Virus record (IMG/VR): IMGVR_UViG_3300028423_000861
Coordinates: 32,001-96,000 of that record
Length of the DNA: 64,000 bases
Direction: 5' to 3' (one strand)
Source: a virus
Positions 1-10,166 of this stretch are shown here, one piece after another. Each line of letters opens with the position of its first letter. The first letter of the stretch is position 1. The position numbers were made by a program, and so were the translations under genes. Below the pieces are notes generated by a model. That model did no database searches. It saw only the letters and a list, made by a program, of their open reading frames with translations, and was not told the DNA's origin.

Positions 1-647
1 CTCGTAATTGAATCTTCGCGATACTCCGGAAACGGAATATAAAGACCATTGCGATTATTGCGCAGTGCAAGAAGAACCAGGTCCGGTTCTTCATACTCGA
101 TTACAATTTGGTTTTTTGGCGACACGTATTCAAACAGCGGCGTGATACCAGCTGCGATCATGCGCTGCATCCAAACAGTAATTTCGGCAGCATCTGACCG
201 AGACAGGAGATATTCCAGTGCTTCCTCGGCAACGTCAGTGACGCCCATTTTAGTAGCAAGCTGGATACGACCGTCGAGATAAAGCGGACGCACCATTGAC
301 CCGTCCATCTTTTCCATGATCACATGCGGCTTGGACATGTCAAGGTTGTGAAGCTGAGTTTCCTCGCGCTCACTAACATTGAAAAACTTGTGGAAGGGAC
401 GGCTCATGATGTCGCCGTTTACATCAAAAATCAGGCCGCGGCACTCACGACGCATGATTCCCTTGGGGATCATTTCACCATGATTTTCCATGAGATCGTT
501 TTCATCGATGTCAAACGTGTCTGCATAACCAACATTGTAGTTGATCACAGTATAACGATCACGCTCGGCTACGACGAACTCGTCGCGGTCTTGGATAGCC
601 GGCAGCACATCTTCAATGCGCTCGATGATAGGAAATTTATAATGCAT
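1..647 (-). CDS. RNA ligase, T4 Rnl1-like (runs off the window start)
   Basis: Manual translation from ATG at 647: MHYKFPIIE...RECRGLIFD...SRPFHKFFNV...EKMDGSMV...TPLFEYVSPKNQIVIEY. These are Rnl1 motifs including the KxDGS adenylylation motif. Not in the ORF track because it is truncated. Confidence 0.9.
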   Translation of the reverse strand, partial: MHYKFPIIERIEDVLPAIQDRDEFVVAERDRYTVINYNVGYADTFDIDENDLMENHGEMIPKGIMRRECRGLIFDVNGDIMSRPFHKFFNVSEREETQLHNLDMSKPHVIMEKMDGSMVRPLYLDGRIQLATKMGVTDVAEEALEYLLSRSDAAEITVWMQRMIAAGITPLFEYVSPKNQIVIEYEEPDLVLLALRNNRNGLYIPFPEYREDSIT

Positions 648-660
648 CTCTATTCCTTCT

Positions 661-703
661 TGCTTACTCTATCACTGTAAGCGATATGTCTTGGTATGTC
701 AAC
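661..703 (-). promoter_or_regulatory. Repeated early promoter copy
   Basis: TTGACA-TACCAAGACA..., with GCTTA/TAAGC dyad, directly upstream of the RNA ligase ATG. Confidence 0.7.
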
Positions 704-1007
704 CAAGAACAGAAGACAGCATTATCAGGATGCCCAACGCTGCAAAGAAAGTGGTCATCCACGCACCTTCTCGGTTTGGAATTATCGCATAAAACAGAAT
801 TGACATGAAAAAGATTACAATTCCGGCGTGGGTCATTCGTAGTGTCCTCTCGTAACCATATTGAGACCGTATTCTTCCATATTATCGCCCCAATACATCT
901 CGTCTTTCGGAACAAGAATTCTCATACGCTGGCCGTTGTCGTTTTCAACCTCGACGTAATAGTTGTTCTGATCTCCATCATAAATTTTGGCTTGTTTCAT
1001 TTCACAT

Positions 1008-1056
1008 CTCCTTTGCTTACATGTATAATATAAGCAAAATGCCTTGGTTTGTCAAC
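1008..1056 (-). promoter_or_regulatory. Repeated early promoter plus RBS
   Basis: TTGACA AACCAAGGCATTTTGCT TATATT ATACATGTAAGCAAAGGAG. Confidence 0.85.
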
Positions 1057-1308
1057 TGGAAAGTTCTAGCATCGCCTGTTGAATTCCGCCTAGCTCGGTA
1101 TAGCATGAAAAGATCTGGTCATCATAGCTATGACCTTCGCTGTTCAGTTTCATGCACTGCTTTTGGTAATCGGTAGGCTGTTCAGGAATTTCTCCTTCAT
1201 AGAGCGATCCTACCTCTCGCAGCTGAGATTCAATTTCAGCACTGATATTAACGAGGTTAAGCAACGAGTATTCGTTTTTGATGTAGTAGTTTTCCATAAA
1301 GGTTCTCC

Positions 1309-1734
1309 TTAGAACAAAGACTGTTTGAATTCGGTTGCGTCGGGTTCGTTGCCCCAATACAGGACGGGTTCACCAAAATAGGTGATTTCGCCAACATAGC
1401 AATTTGCTGGCACAATGTATTCCTTGTCATCGTAATGCGAAACATGGACACGAAGCGTCTGTTCTCCGGGCTGAGCTTCGTCTTGCATCATATCTACAAG
1501 GTGGTAGACAAAGTCCCGCGGTGAATCAGCAACAGTGTTGTCGCTGCTATAAGGAGTCGTATCTTCAAGCCATTCCTGTTCACGGTCTGCAAACCAGGGG
1601 TGAGTTGTGCTGTGATAGTTTGCGATACACGGCTCGGGTGCTGTGGCACGTCCGTATTGCACACCTGCATAAACAGACAGCGCGACAGCACCGATTGCAA
1701 TAACAACTCCTGATGTATATCCTGGCATTTTCAT
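1309..1734 (-). CDS. Hypothetical membrane-anchored protein
   Basis: Track ORF 1309..1794; likely start at MKMPG; N-terminal hydrophobic helix. Confidence 0.6.
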   Translation of the reverse strand: MKMPGYTSGVVIAIGAVALSVYAGVQYGRATAPEPCIANYHSTTHPWFADREQEWLEDTTPYSSDNTVADSPRDFVYHLVDMMQDEAQPGEQTLRVHVSHYDDKEYIVPANCYVGEITYFGEPVLYWGNEPDATEFKQSLF

Positions 1735-1991
1735 TAGAAAAGACTCCCTCTCTGTTCCCACAGTTCCTGGTTTTTCATTTCTTCTTCCTCCCATTCTATC
1801 ATGAGATCAATAGCTTCATCAAGAGTGATATCACAAGGCCCATACTCAAAATTCTGTTCTTCAGCCATCGGACAAGAACCTTCTTCAATGTAATAAAGAG
1901 TGTGGTCTGGCCGAGAATAAATCGTGATATGACCATGGGCTTCATAGTCAAACCACCCGGCTTCAAAGACAATTTCATCAGTCATGATCAA
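1734..1991 (-). CDS. Hypothetical acidic protein
   Basis: ORF coupled to its neighbours by overlapping start and stop. Confidence 0.55.
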   Translation of the reverse strand: MIMTDEIVFEAGWFDYEAHGHITIYSRPDHTLYYIEEGSCPMAEEQNFEYGPCDITLDEAIDLMIEWEEEEMKNQELWEQRGSLF

Positions 1992-2520
1992 ATACGACTG
2001 CTTTCAGTCGTTCACGATGGCTGTCATGATAAATGTGCAGGGTAGCAAACCATTCATGCTTGCAAAGCGGGGAACCATCCGCTTTGACCCAGCCCTTTTC
2101 GTGCATACGGATTGCTTTCTTGATGTATTTTTCGATTGATTTGGCTTTTTTGCGAGACTTTATGTTTGCAGGCTTGGGCTTGGGGAACCGGCCAGCCAGC
2201 ATGTCCTCCACGCTGATCACGCCACGACGATGGTTGCAACTAGCACAGGCCATCGCAAGGTTATCCCAATCATCCGAACCGCCCTGACTACGCGGTTGAA
2301 CGTGCTCAATAGTGGCGCTGTTTGCATAATTTGATTCAGGACGGCAATCCATTCCGCACCAGCAGCACCGCCAGTTCTGTGCCTCAGCGAGGCGGCAGCG
2401 AACATAAATGTTTCGAGCAACTTTGGTCGCGATACCAGAACGTTCAATACCCGGTATCTTACGAATCGATACGCGGGTAGGTCGTTCGTTAAACACCGAA
2501 GGAAGTGGCATTTTAGACAT
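1978..2520 (-). CDS. HNH endonuclease
   Basis: CCWCG...ATIEHVQPRSQGGSDDWDNLAMACASCNHRRG; start reassigned to MSKMPL. Confidence 0.85.
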   Translation of the reverse strand: MSKMPLPSVFNERPTRVSIRKIPGIERSGIATKVARNIYVRCRLAEAQNWRCCWCGMDCRPESNYANSATIEHVQPRSQGGSDDWDNLAMACASCNHRRGVISVEDMLAGRFPKPKPANIKSRKKAKSIEKYIKKAIRMHEKGWVKADGSPLCKHEWFATLHIYHDSHRERLKAVVFDHD

Positions 2521-2682
2521 TAGACGCGCTCCACTTTGTCTTCGCGGATAGCAAATTCGGTGTTGCCAACAGCAACCCAAAGGACAACAACACCGCCAAT
2601 TTCCTGGCGGTCCTTGACAAGGGCCGTCTGGCCGTCATACCAGTTAACGCTGTCGTGGACGATGACCTTTTCCATACCTTAT

Positions 2683-2731
2683 CTCCTTTGCTTACATGTT
2701 CAATATAAGCAAAGTGTCTTGGTAAGTCAAC
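2683..2731 (-). promoter_or_regulatory. Repeated early promoter plus RBS
   Basis: TTGACT TACCAAGACACTTTGCT TATATT GAACATGTAAGCAAAGGAG. Confidence 0.85.
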
Positions 2732-3422
2732 TATTTTTTAGATAATTTGAGGAATATTTCAGCAGTGCTTTGATCTGCTTGCTGGCGCGCGGGAAGATTG
2801 AACGGAATCTTGCATAAGTCGGTAGCGAAGCCATGTATGCTTCTGGATTGCGAAGTGTTTTTTGCGGATCTTCCGTATCCGAAATTTCCTGTGCTAGAGT
2901 TTCGCCATAAGCCATGAGTTCATGTGGATCACGTAGATACTTGCGAGCCCATTCACGCGCAGATGTTGCAGTGGCGGCTTTTTGATATCCACTCGCCATT
3001 TTATCGAGATTTTTTGGAGGAATTCGCCCATGCTGCCCTTTGTGCACTAGTTCATGACTCACAAGACGATTTAAAATCTTTTTAAATGTTTTTGGGCCAT
3101 AAACACCTTCCATGTTCTTGGCCTTGAGTATTACGGTGATGTCTGTAACAACATCACCATCCTCGGTCGTTCCGGTTGTCGCTTCGGCACTCATCCACCA
3201 ATCCACGGTAGGTTCATCATGATCCACGGCAAAATCCATGCGTAGATCCTCGTCTACGCTTGAATTGAGAAGATCTGACAACACGTCAATGTTATCAACG
3301 TCGTCATGTGATTGTAAATACTCATCATACTCTTCCAGGGCTTCATCAACGCCCTGCTCTAGAGTTTCTAAATATTCCTTGTCCGGATAGACGTTCGCCT
3401 CGGTAATATCACGTATTCTCAT
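2727..3422 (-). CDS. Hypothetical late protein with HExxH motif (possible metallopeptidase-like or internal virion protein)
   Basis: HELVH...PHELMAY; N-terminus MRIRDITE; ATAAATA at 3428-3434. Confidence 0.6.
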   Translation of the reverse strand: MRIRDITEANVYPDKEYLETLEQGVDEALEEYDEYLQSHDDVDNIDVLSDLLNSSVDEDLRMDFAVDHDEPTVDWWMSAEATTGTTEDGDVVTDITVILKAKNMEGVYGPKTFKKILNRLVSHELVHKGQHGRIPPKNLDKMASGYQKAATATSAREWARKYLRDPHELMAYGETLAQEISDTEDPQKTLRNPEAYMASLPTYARFRSIFPRASKQIKALLKYSSNYLKNS

Positions 3423-3775
3423 ACGAATATTTATCTGGGATAATTACCGATCATACATTCGCTAACGAGCAAGCGGGCGAGCTGATCGTAATACGGACTC
3501 TCTTCAACAGGACCACGATGTTCAAGAACAAGAGAACGCAGATCTTGAATTAGATCGAGGCGCTCTTGATGAGAATCACGTTTTGGTTTTGCGGTATCGT
3601 TCATTACGGATCTTTCGAATATTTTTGGCACGTCTTTTAGCAATCGCACAACGAACCTTGGGATTGGGTTGACGGTTGTAATAGTCATACCATTGCTTAA
3701 TATTAGAGAGATGCTGACCCAGCCATTCTGAGTCAGCAGCAAAAAAGATGATTAGAAGTAGAAGAAAAACTTCCA

Positions 3776-4129
3776 TCAATCAAGACGCTCAGATACTTGG
3801 AAATCGAAAACAGCCAGTTCGTTCATGGTATCAGCATATGCCTGTGCACTTGCTGATTTGGCGTCGATATTTTGAGCACGGATCTGGCCCGGGTTATTCA
3901 ACCGCCAAGCTTTACCATAAACGTCTTTACGGAAGCCAATGCTTTCCAGCATTCGCCGCTCATCACGGCCGGCGCGAGTATTACCTTTGTTGGGCGGGAA
4001 AACCATGACCCAAGCAAACCCACATGCGCCACCATCCTGGCCATTAAAATACTTGTCCAGATAATCCTGCCCTGCCTGGGCAGCATCCATGACGGCTTGT
4101 TCGTGCTGTTGTTTAAAGATAGATGCCAT
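3776..4129 (-). CDS. Hypothetical phage protein
   Basis: 117 aa ORF with GACGFAWV motif. Confidence 0.65.
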   Translation of the reverse strand: MASIFKQQHEQAVMDAAQAGQDYLDKYFNGQDGGACGFAWVMVFPPNKGNTRAGRDERRMLESIGFRKDVYGKAWRLNNPGQIRAQNIDAKSASAQAYADTMNELAVFDFQVSERLD

Positions 4130-4284
4130 TAAGCTTTCTCCACTTTGAGATCGTAAAATTTATCCTGGACAACTTCCATTCGTTCAAGACACTCACGACG
4201 TGTGCCGCGCATCAGTTCATTGCGCGCGGTGCCAGTGAGATGGCTGAACATGGATTTATAAGTGAGTTTATACATTTTCCGTTT

Positions 4285-4332
4285 CTCCGTTGCTACCCTT
4301 TAAATATAACCGAAGTGTCTTGGTATGTCAAC
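4285..4332 (-). promoter_or_regulatory. Repeated early promoter
   Basis: TTGACA TACCAAGACACTTCGGT TATATT. Confidence 0.8.
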
Positions 4333-4339
4333 AGATTTT

Positions 4340-4714
4340 TCACTCGTCTCCGTATCTCTCTTTGAGAGTTTCAAGAAGAGCAAGTTCACGTTGTCTTTTT
4401 TGTTCAGCAGCCTGGCGATATATTTCCATGCGCTCCTGGTATTCTTCGTCAGTTTCTTCACGATACCCCAATACGAATGTAGTGATAATTTCATCACCTA
4501 CAATATCATAGTCTGTATCAACTTCAATTTTGAAGTCAGAATATTGGTCACCGTATTCTTTCTCAATACGATCCATTTCCTCTCGGAGGTCATTGAAAGT
4601 CATACCACCGTATTCGAGGTTAAAATCTTCTTTGATTTGATCGCCGCGTTTAGACGTCCACGTCACAAAATGCCAATCGGCAAGTTTGGGTTCAGGCTTG
4701 CGCTTACGCCCCAT
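4340..4714 (-). CDS. Hypothetical protein (paralog of 6520..6918)
   Basis: C-terminal YREETDEEYQER...LKERYG resembles YRLEDDREYQSR...LKKKFG. Confidence 0.7.
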   Translation of the reverse strand: MGRKRKPEPKLADWHFVTWTSKRGDQIKEDFNLEYGGMTFNDLREEMDRIEKEYGDQYSDFKIEVDTDYDIVGDEIITTFVLGYREETDEEYQERMEIYRQAAEQKRQRELALLETLKERYGDE

Positions 4715-4905
4715 CTGAATTGTCCTCTAGTTTACTGCGTCTTTTGACTTGAATATCTGTTCTTTGTTCCTGAGCGATTTCTTGTAGCTTACCACGAATT
4801 TGTTCAACAGTCCATCCGTCAGGAGGACGCCAGAGAACAATAGCTGCCTCTAATGGCATATGCTCTCCGAACAACTCCTCCATTTCCTCTATTGTGATTC
4901 TATTA

Positions 4906-5118
4906 TCAGTCATCCATTCGAACTCCATAGAACTTCATGAGATGCCAACAGGCAGAATCAGGAATCTTGTCTTCGTATGCACCGACTGAAAATTTCATAT
5001 GGAAATGACAAATTGCTTGGTCGGAATGTTCATAACCTTTTGGATTGGCCCACTCAGCGTCGACAAAACGCCCGTCTTGAGTGAGTTCTTTCCAGTAATA
5101 ACGAGTATAAGGAACCAT
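4906..5118 (-). CDS. Hypothetical protein
   Basis: ORF with upstream GGAG RBS. Confidence 0.55.
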   Translation of the reverse strand: MVPYTRYYWKELTQDGRFVDAEWANPKGYEHSDQAICHFHMKFSVGAYEDKIPDSACWHLMKFYGVRMDD

Positions 5119-5162
5119 GGTTTCTCCGATCTATTGTAACAACGATATTGCAAGAATACAGA

Positions 5163-5723
5163 TCAGTCAACGTATTCTTGCAATAGTTTTTCAACATACC
5201 ATTCGGGAGCATCTCCAAGATCCCCGTCGGGCATTCCTGGAACGTTCACGACGTGTGACGTTGTTCCTACCCGTGCAAGCTTGTGACCAGCTCTCCCAGG
5301 GTCACACACAGCAACGACTGGGCGCATTTGCCGCACACACATTAGCCAGTTACGGGTGCTTGTGCTTGGGTCGTTGCTGAGAACAGCGATAGCACTCACT
5401 CCGAGTTCAGTTAAACGAGCAGCGTCAAAGATGCCTTCAGTAACAAACAGAACTGTTGAACGATACCAGCTTTCAAGGCCCCATACAGTCACGCTCTTGC
5501 TGTGTTTGGGTATCAGTTTTTCACCACGAAACGTGTAATAGCGGCCACGTTTATCGTTTTTTTGAACTTTGCTTGCTTCGGGACGATATGCCTGATATCC
5601 TACCATCTGTCCACTAAGGTTCCAGAGAGGAAAACAAGCCACATGTTCAACATCGTCAACCCAGACATAGTGTAGACTGGTATCAACGTGGCGTTCGTGG
5701 ATATGTTCAAGCATTGTTGTCAT
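5163..5723 (-). CDS. Small TOPRIM-domain (primase-like) protein
   Basis: FPLWNLSGQMVGYQ...LFVTEGIFDA...AIAVLS...VVAVCDPGRAG...GDLGD. Confidence 0.8.
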   Translation of the reverse strand: MTTMLEHIHERHVDTSLHYVWVDDVEHVACFPLWNLSGQMVGYQAYRPEASKVQKNDKRGRYYTFRGEKLIPKHSKSVTVWGLESWYRSTVLFVTEGIFDAARLTELGVSAIAVLSNDPSTSTRNWLMCVRQMRPVVAVCDPGRAGHKLARVGTTSHVVNVPGMPDGDLGDAPEWYVEKLLQEYVD

Positions 5724-5754
5724 ATATTCACAGTAAGACGTCTTGGTAGAGATG

Positions 5755-5949
5755 TCAACCGCTATTATTGACAGAGAAGATTAATTTTGCCATGGTTAAT
5801 TGTTCGAAATCCAAAGGGAAAGTGTAGTATCCATGTATGAGTCTCATATCACCTAATTTGAGATTAATCCCGTAGTCTTCTAATACACCAATATTTTCAT
5901 GATAATCAACATAATTAATAAAACAAATTGTATTGTGTTTCAAAAACAT
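5755..5949 (-). CDS. Hypothetical protein
   Basis: ORF coupled to the upstream gene; LTMAKL motif resembles FTMFKL in 63485..63868. Confidence 0.5.
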   Translation of the reverse strand: MFLKHNTICFINYVDYHENIGVLEDYGINLKLGDMRLIHGYYTFPLDFEQLTMAKLIFSVNNSG

Positions 5950-6290
5950 TATGTAATCACCGGCTTCTTATTGAGAATGCGGCGGTCCGGATATAGTGGC
6001 TCCCCTTGTCGAGCAAAATCAGCAACAGCTTGAGGATCTTCCTCAGCCCACGACTCTAGGTCTTCAGCAGTGAACTCTTCACTGAGTTTCAAAAGCCAGA
6101 CTTCCATGCGGCGAGCTTCATTGTAACGTGCACGTAGTTGCATCATGCTCAGAATAGAAGACACGGTTTCAGTAGTCTTCTCACCAGCCATTTTCTCCAT
6201 GATGTTTCGTTGGTCAATTTCAGTGAGATTGACAATGGCCTCGAATCCTTCATTCGAGAACGAAAAAACAAAGACGTTACCACCTGACAT
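5949..6290 (-). CDS. Hypothetical protein
   Basis: 113 aa ORF with RBS and overlapping start/stop. Confidence 0.65.
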   Translation of the reverse strand: MSGGNVFVFSFSNEGFEAIVNLTEIDQRNIMEKMAGEKTTETVSSILSMMQLRARYNEARRMEVWLLKLSEEFTAEDLESWAEEDPQAVADFARQGEPLYPDRRILNKKPVIT

Positions 6291-6520
6291 TATTCACCTC
6301 CAACAGGGCGTAGAACCTTTTTAAATGTGTGATCATTCTTGCGGAATTTAACAACACAGTCAAATCCCGCAGTCTTGCCTGGTTGTGCAGTGCTGGGAAA
6401 CATGTAGGTATAAACCCACCATTCAGTGTCCTCGTCCAGCGTGTCTGCAAGTTCTGGGTTGACAAAAAGGCCTGGGAGTTCATCCCAAGCCTCTTGTCCG
6501 AGTCCGTGATATCCGTTCAT
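6290..6520 (-). CDS. Hypothetical protein
   Basis: Coupled ORF. Confidence 0.6.
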   Translation of the reverse strand: MNGYHGLGQEAWDELPGLFVNPELADTLDEDTEWWVYTYMFPSTAQPGKTAGFDCVVKFRKNDHTFKKVLRPVGGE

Positions 6521-6918
6521 TATTTGCCTCCAAACTTTTTCTTGAGGCGCTCGTATTCTCGACGCTCACGATCTTCTTTCTTCTGGCGCTGTTCACGCTT
6601 ACGTGCCGCCTCTTTTTCTTCTAGATCGATTCGAGACTGATATTCGCGATCGTCCTCCAAACGATAGAACTTGATTTTGATATCAAATGCTCCATCGTAA
6701 CCATAGTAATCGTAATCAAAATACACACGACCCGGAATTGCTCCTTTGTCGATAGCCAGTGACTCATAATAATCCAACCATTCACGAATTTCGGCTAGCG
6801 AAAGACCATCAAAATCCGCGCCTCCAAGCAGGCGATCTTCTACTTCACGTCGTTCTTTCGATATACGTCCCATTTCACCATCCTTCGCCGCCTCGACGGC
6901 TACGTTCGATTTCTTCAA
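6520..6918 (-). CDS. Hypothetical protein (paralog of 4340..4714)
   Basis: Shared C-terminal charged motif. Confidence 0.65.
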   Translation of the reverse strand: MKKSNVAVEAAKDGEMGRISKERREVEDRLLGGADFDGLSLAEIREWLDYYESLAIDKGAIPGRVYFDYDYYGYDGAFDIKIKFYRLEDDREYQSRIDLEEKEAARKREQRQKKEDRERREYERLKKKFGGK

Positions 6919-7132
6919 CAGTCAATGCACCGCCTTGGCGATCTACATCTCCTTGCCAACTGTCCTGAGCGGCTTGGCTTTCCAGTTCGCGAATACGATC
7001 AATTGCCCATTGGAGACGAACAGCCATTCGTCCTTCAAACCCGGGCTCGTTGCTGTCATTCATTTGACGCGAAACTGCTTCAATGCGTCCTTCGTTGAGA
7101 ACAGCAAGTAGACTTTGGTTTTCGGGTCTCAT
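6875..7132 (-). CDS. Hypothetical protein
   Basis: ORF with AAGGAG RBS. Confidence 0.6.
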   Translation of the reverse strand: MRPENQSLLAVLNEGRIEAVSRQMNDSNEPGFEGRMAVRLQWAIDRIRELESQAAQDSWQGDVDRQGGALTVEEIERSRRGGEGW

Positions 7133-7350
7133 GTTATTTCTCCTTCTGTATCTTAGTAAACAGTGATAATGATTGCAGGATCAAAGGCATTCCCGCCGGC
7201 AGTGTCAATACCGACATTGAGCTCATTTCCATCAGGATCCTGAAAGATAACTTGAGAATCCAAAGTCATGGGTTTTTTTACAGCCCCTTGAGCATGAAGT
7301 TCGACTTCTTCTTGCAGCCGCTCAATAAGTTTTTGGATGGTCATTAACAT

Positions 7351-7399
7351 CTCCATTGCTTACATGACCAATATAAGCAAAGTGTCTTGGTTTGTCAAG
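7351..7399 (-). promoter_or_regulatory. Repeated early promoter plus RBS
   Basis: TTGACA AACCAAGACACTTTGCT TATATT GGTCATGTAAGCAATGGAG. Confidence 0.85.
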
Positions 7400-7540
7400 A
7401 ACAATTTTAGGTTTTTTTCTGGTTTTGACGAACGGCTTTGGAAGCGGCGCGCTTCTGTGCCTTGCTTCCAGGACGGCCATAGCTGCCGGCGGCGCGGCGC
7501 CCAATTTTCATTGCAGTATTGGAGTTCATAGTATTACCTC

Positions 7541-7819
7541 TTAGTAAATGAGATCAAAAGGACGGGTATTCTCTGACTCAATATACACTTCACTGGAAGG
7601 TTTTCCATGCCTGTCATAAGTAATATGTTTGATCTTGCCATAGTTCTTGAACTTTTCATCCCAATATTCACGCATGATGGAACGGTTAAAAGCATGTTGC
7701 TCTGCGATTTCATATGCGCGTGAAACATTAAGATAATAGTCATAGTCGCGAACTTCAACAAGCCATTTAGCAATGTCTTTGAGAACCATGCGTTCAAAGT
7801 TGTTCATATCAGCAATCAT
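7541..7819 (-). CDS. Hypothetical protein
   Basis: 92 aa ORF with AAGGA RBS. Confidence 0.55.
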   Translation of the reverse strand: MIADMNNFERMVLKDIAKWLVEVRDYDYYLNVSRAYEIAEQHAFNRSIMREYWDEKFKNYGKIKHITYDRHGKPSSEVYIESENTRPFDLIY

Positions 7820-7946
7820 CGGTTTTCCTTATTTTTTCCATTTATCCTTATTACTCCAAACATCCAGTGCAATTCGCAAGCAAATAGCTGCAAGAACCAT
7901 ACAAAAAATTCCACTCGATGCTATGAGTAAATCGATAATCATTACT

Positions 7947-8207
7947 TCATTTTTCGTTCAATGTATTACGACTCAAGCGTTGGAATTCTCGCAAAATGGT
8001 ATGCAGGAAATCAACAGGTGGACCAGTGTAAACGCCGTCCTCAAGAACAAGACGATGGCCTTCCAAATGGTTTTCTGTCAGATTCTTTTCGATTACATTG
8101 TCAAGAAACATCAAAGTTTCTCGCAGACGTTCGATTTCTCTTGCAGCTTCATTAGTCAGTTTGCTTGCTTCATCACTTTCATACAAGCGGGTTACAAGAT
8201 CATTCAT
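7947..8207 (-). CDS. Hypothetical protein
   Basis: Coupled ORF; EAAREIERLR coiled-coil motif. Confidence 0.55.
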   Translation of the reverse strand: MNDLVTRLYESDEASKLTNEAAREIERLRETLMFLDNVIEKNLTENHLEGHRLVLEDGVYTGPPVDFLHTILREFQRLSRNTLNEK

Positions 8208-8403
8208 TTGTCCTTCTTTCCTTTTGCGTTACAAGCCGCCTGTTTTCCAGACCTATAATGCTTGTTATTCACATGACGTGGGTTATTATAACGCACACTT
8301 TCACGCAGGCCTTTGCTCACAACCTTGTAGCCGTGAGCAAACGCTTGTTCAGCATCGTTGCCAGGACGCGCCAAGACCGCTTCTAGCGAACGCTTGAACT
8401 CCA

Positions 8404-8799
8404 TTACATGCTCCAGAAGGATTCACGAGCCGGGCTCATGTAAGCAGGAGTGTCGTAACGCTCCTGGTATTCTTTGCCCGTCATGAGGTTCTTGCGGGTC
8501 ACCATCTCGCCGTTGATCTCTTCGTCCAGCGTTTCCTGGTCAACATCCTCGAAGATCTTGGTGCCAACTTTGAAGTAGGCAACCTGGGTGCGTTCACCAT
8601 TGTCCACGTAAATGCAACCAGCAACACCGTCGCTGTCAGGGCGACCAAAAAAATCAACTCCATAATCTTGCTTGAGGATTCGGGTGAGCATGTTCTTTTT
8701 GGAACGCTGCGAATCACGGTAAGTGCCATTGCAACCGCACATGCAGCCCGAACGGCCCGAGTAAACTTCAGTGATGTCGTTGTGGGTGATGTTGGCCAT
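8404..8799 (-). CDS. Hypothetical early protein
   Basis: YSGRSGCMCGC and TPAYMSPARESFWSM motifs; first gene after a repeated promoter. Confidence 0.7.
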   Translation of the reverse strand: MANITHNDITEVYSGRSGCMCGCNGTYRDSQRSKKNMLTRILKQDYGVDFFGRPDSDGVAGCIYVDNGERTQVAYFKVGTKIFEDVDQETLDEEINGEMVTRKNLMTGKEYQERYDTPAYMSPARESFWSM

Positions 8800-8806
8800 G
8801 TCGTGT

Positions 8807-8857
8807 CTCCTTCGTTGCTTACATATACAATATAAGCAAAGTGCCTTGGTCAGTCAA
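8807..8857 (-). promoter_or_regulatory. Repeated early promoter plus RBS
   Basis: TTGACT GACCAAGGCACTTTGCT TATATT GTATATGTAAGCAACGAAGGAG. Confidence 0.85.
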
Positions 8858-8883
8858 TAGAAAACAGAAACTTTTTTAAAAAA

Positions 8884-9447
8884 TTAACCTTTTCCGAACA
8901 TCGCAGCGGCCTGATTGCGATCAACCATATTGCCGTAGATGTCGAAATACATCACGCGATTAAAGCCCTCATTCTGGCTAGGCAAATCAAAGCTATTGCG
9001 CATGGACTTCATAACAAAATCCGGAATGTCCTTTCCAGAACGCCCTTCAAGACGTCGCTGTAGTTCGTCCTCTTGTTCTTGATTGAATGGGGGGAGAATG
9101 CAAACACATTCCAACCGATATTCCTTGGGAAACCGGTTGATAATCTTGCGACGCTTCTTAACAGTCATGTTGGTTTGGTCCCACAACACATTCTGCTTGC
9201 GAGCGATCGCATCATCTACTTCCTGGTTTGCAATTTGAGTTGCAACTTTGGCGTATTCTTGAAAAACCTCGCTGTAAGTTTTGCCCATTTCAGCAGCATA
9301 AGCATCGATACGATCGTCTGTGCTGTAAATGTGGCTATCACGTGCTGATCCCGTAGCAATGGCATTTGCACGAGCAGTGCTTTTGCCGCTCGCCGGAAGT
9401 CCAACGAGAACGACTACGCTGGGTCTTTGATCATTCGCTTTGTTCAT
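8884..9447 (-). CDS. P-loop kinase, AAA_33/polynucleotide kinase-like
   Basis: VLVGLPASGKST, STDD, WDQTN...RR, R...R lid and EGF motifs. Confidence 0.85.
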   Translation of the reverse strand: MNKANDQRPSVVVLVGLPASGKSTARANAIATGSARDSHIYSTDDRIDAYAAEMGKTYSEVFQEYAKVATQIANQEVDDAIARKQNVLWDQTNMTVKKRRKIINRFPKEYRLECVCILPPFNQEQEDELQRRLEGRSGKDIPDFVMKSMRNSFDLPSQNEGFNRVMYFDIYGNMVDRNQAAAMFGKG

Positions 9448-9486
9448 ATCTATGCTCTTCTCTCCATAACTGGTGTGTGTTTTATG

Positions 9487-9517
9487 TTATAATAGCAATA
9501 TGTCTTGGTATGTCAAC
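9487..9517 (-). promoter_or_regulatory. Repeated early promoter
   Basis: TTGACA TACCAAGACATATTGCTATTATAA. Confidence 0.7.
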
Positions 9518-9528
9518 TAAATAATATT

Positions 9529-9915
9529 ATGAAAGACATATACGTTGAAAAATTTTCAGCGGTGCTAGACGAGATCCATACGTTCAAGGATTGTCCAAGA
9601 ACAAAAATATATGTTTCGTGTCTTTTAGCTGATCATGTAGAACGAACAGGATTTTTTACTGAACCTGTCGGACTTCGTTACATGGATCTCCAAACATCAA
9701 CACATGCAAAAGAATTGGGTGACAATTGTCTTGTTCTTGTAGGTATTTTTCCTGGTTATCGTGGAATGCCAGATGATTATTATATAGAAATCGGTCGTGG
9801 AAGTTATGGTATGGCTGCGAGTGTTACTGGAAGTGATGTGTTTGAAATACTGGCAAGAGATTTTGATATTATACGCAGAGGATTAAATCAACTGCGCCCG
9901 CCAACTTTCTTGTAA
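9529..9915 (+). CDS. Hypothetical protein
   Basis: Plus-strand ORF (track 9505..9915) after TAAATA; likely start MKDIYVE. Confidence 0.6.
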   Translation: MKDIYVEKFSAVLDEIHTFKDCPRTKIYVSCLLADHVERTGFFTEPVGLRYMDLQTSTHAKELGDNCLVLVGIFPGYRGMPDDYYIEIGRGSYGMAASVTGSDVFEILARDFDIIRRGLNQLRPPTFL

Positions 9916-10166
9916 CTAATGCCTTTGGAATTGAGATATTTTTCAAACTCTTGTTGTTCTTCATTCGAGTAAAAACTCACCATAGCATTATCATTTACTT
10001 CATTGTAGCTATTGGTTCCTGAACGAAATTCACGCATGAGCTTGGTAAGTTCATAAGGTGTCATTTCAAGACTGAGCATACGTTCTGATTCAATCTGTTG
10101 TTCCTGTTGATCAGGCTCCAGATGATCATACTGACCCTCATTCAAAATATCAAGATATTTTCTCAT
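9888..10166 (-). CDS. Hypothetical late protein
   Basis: Start MRKYLDILNE downstream of ATAAATA (10187-10193). Confidence 0.6.
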   Translation of the reverse strand: MRKYLDILNEGQYDHLEPDQQEQQIESERMLSLEMTPYELTKLMREFRSGTNSYNEVNDNAMVSFYSNEEQQEFEKYLNSKGISYKKVGGRS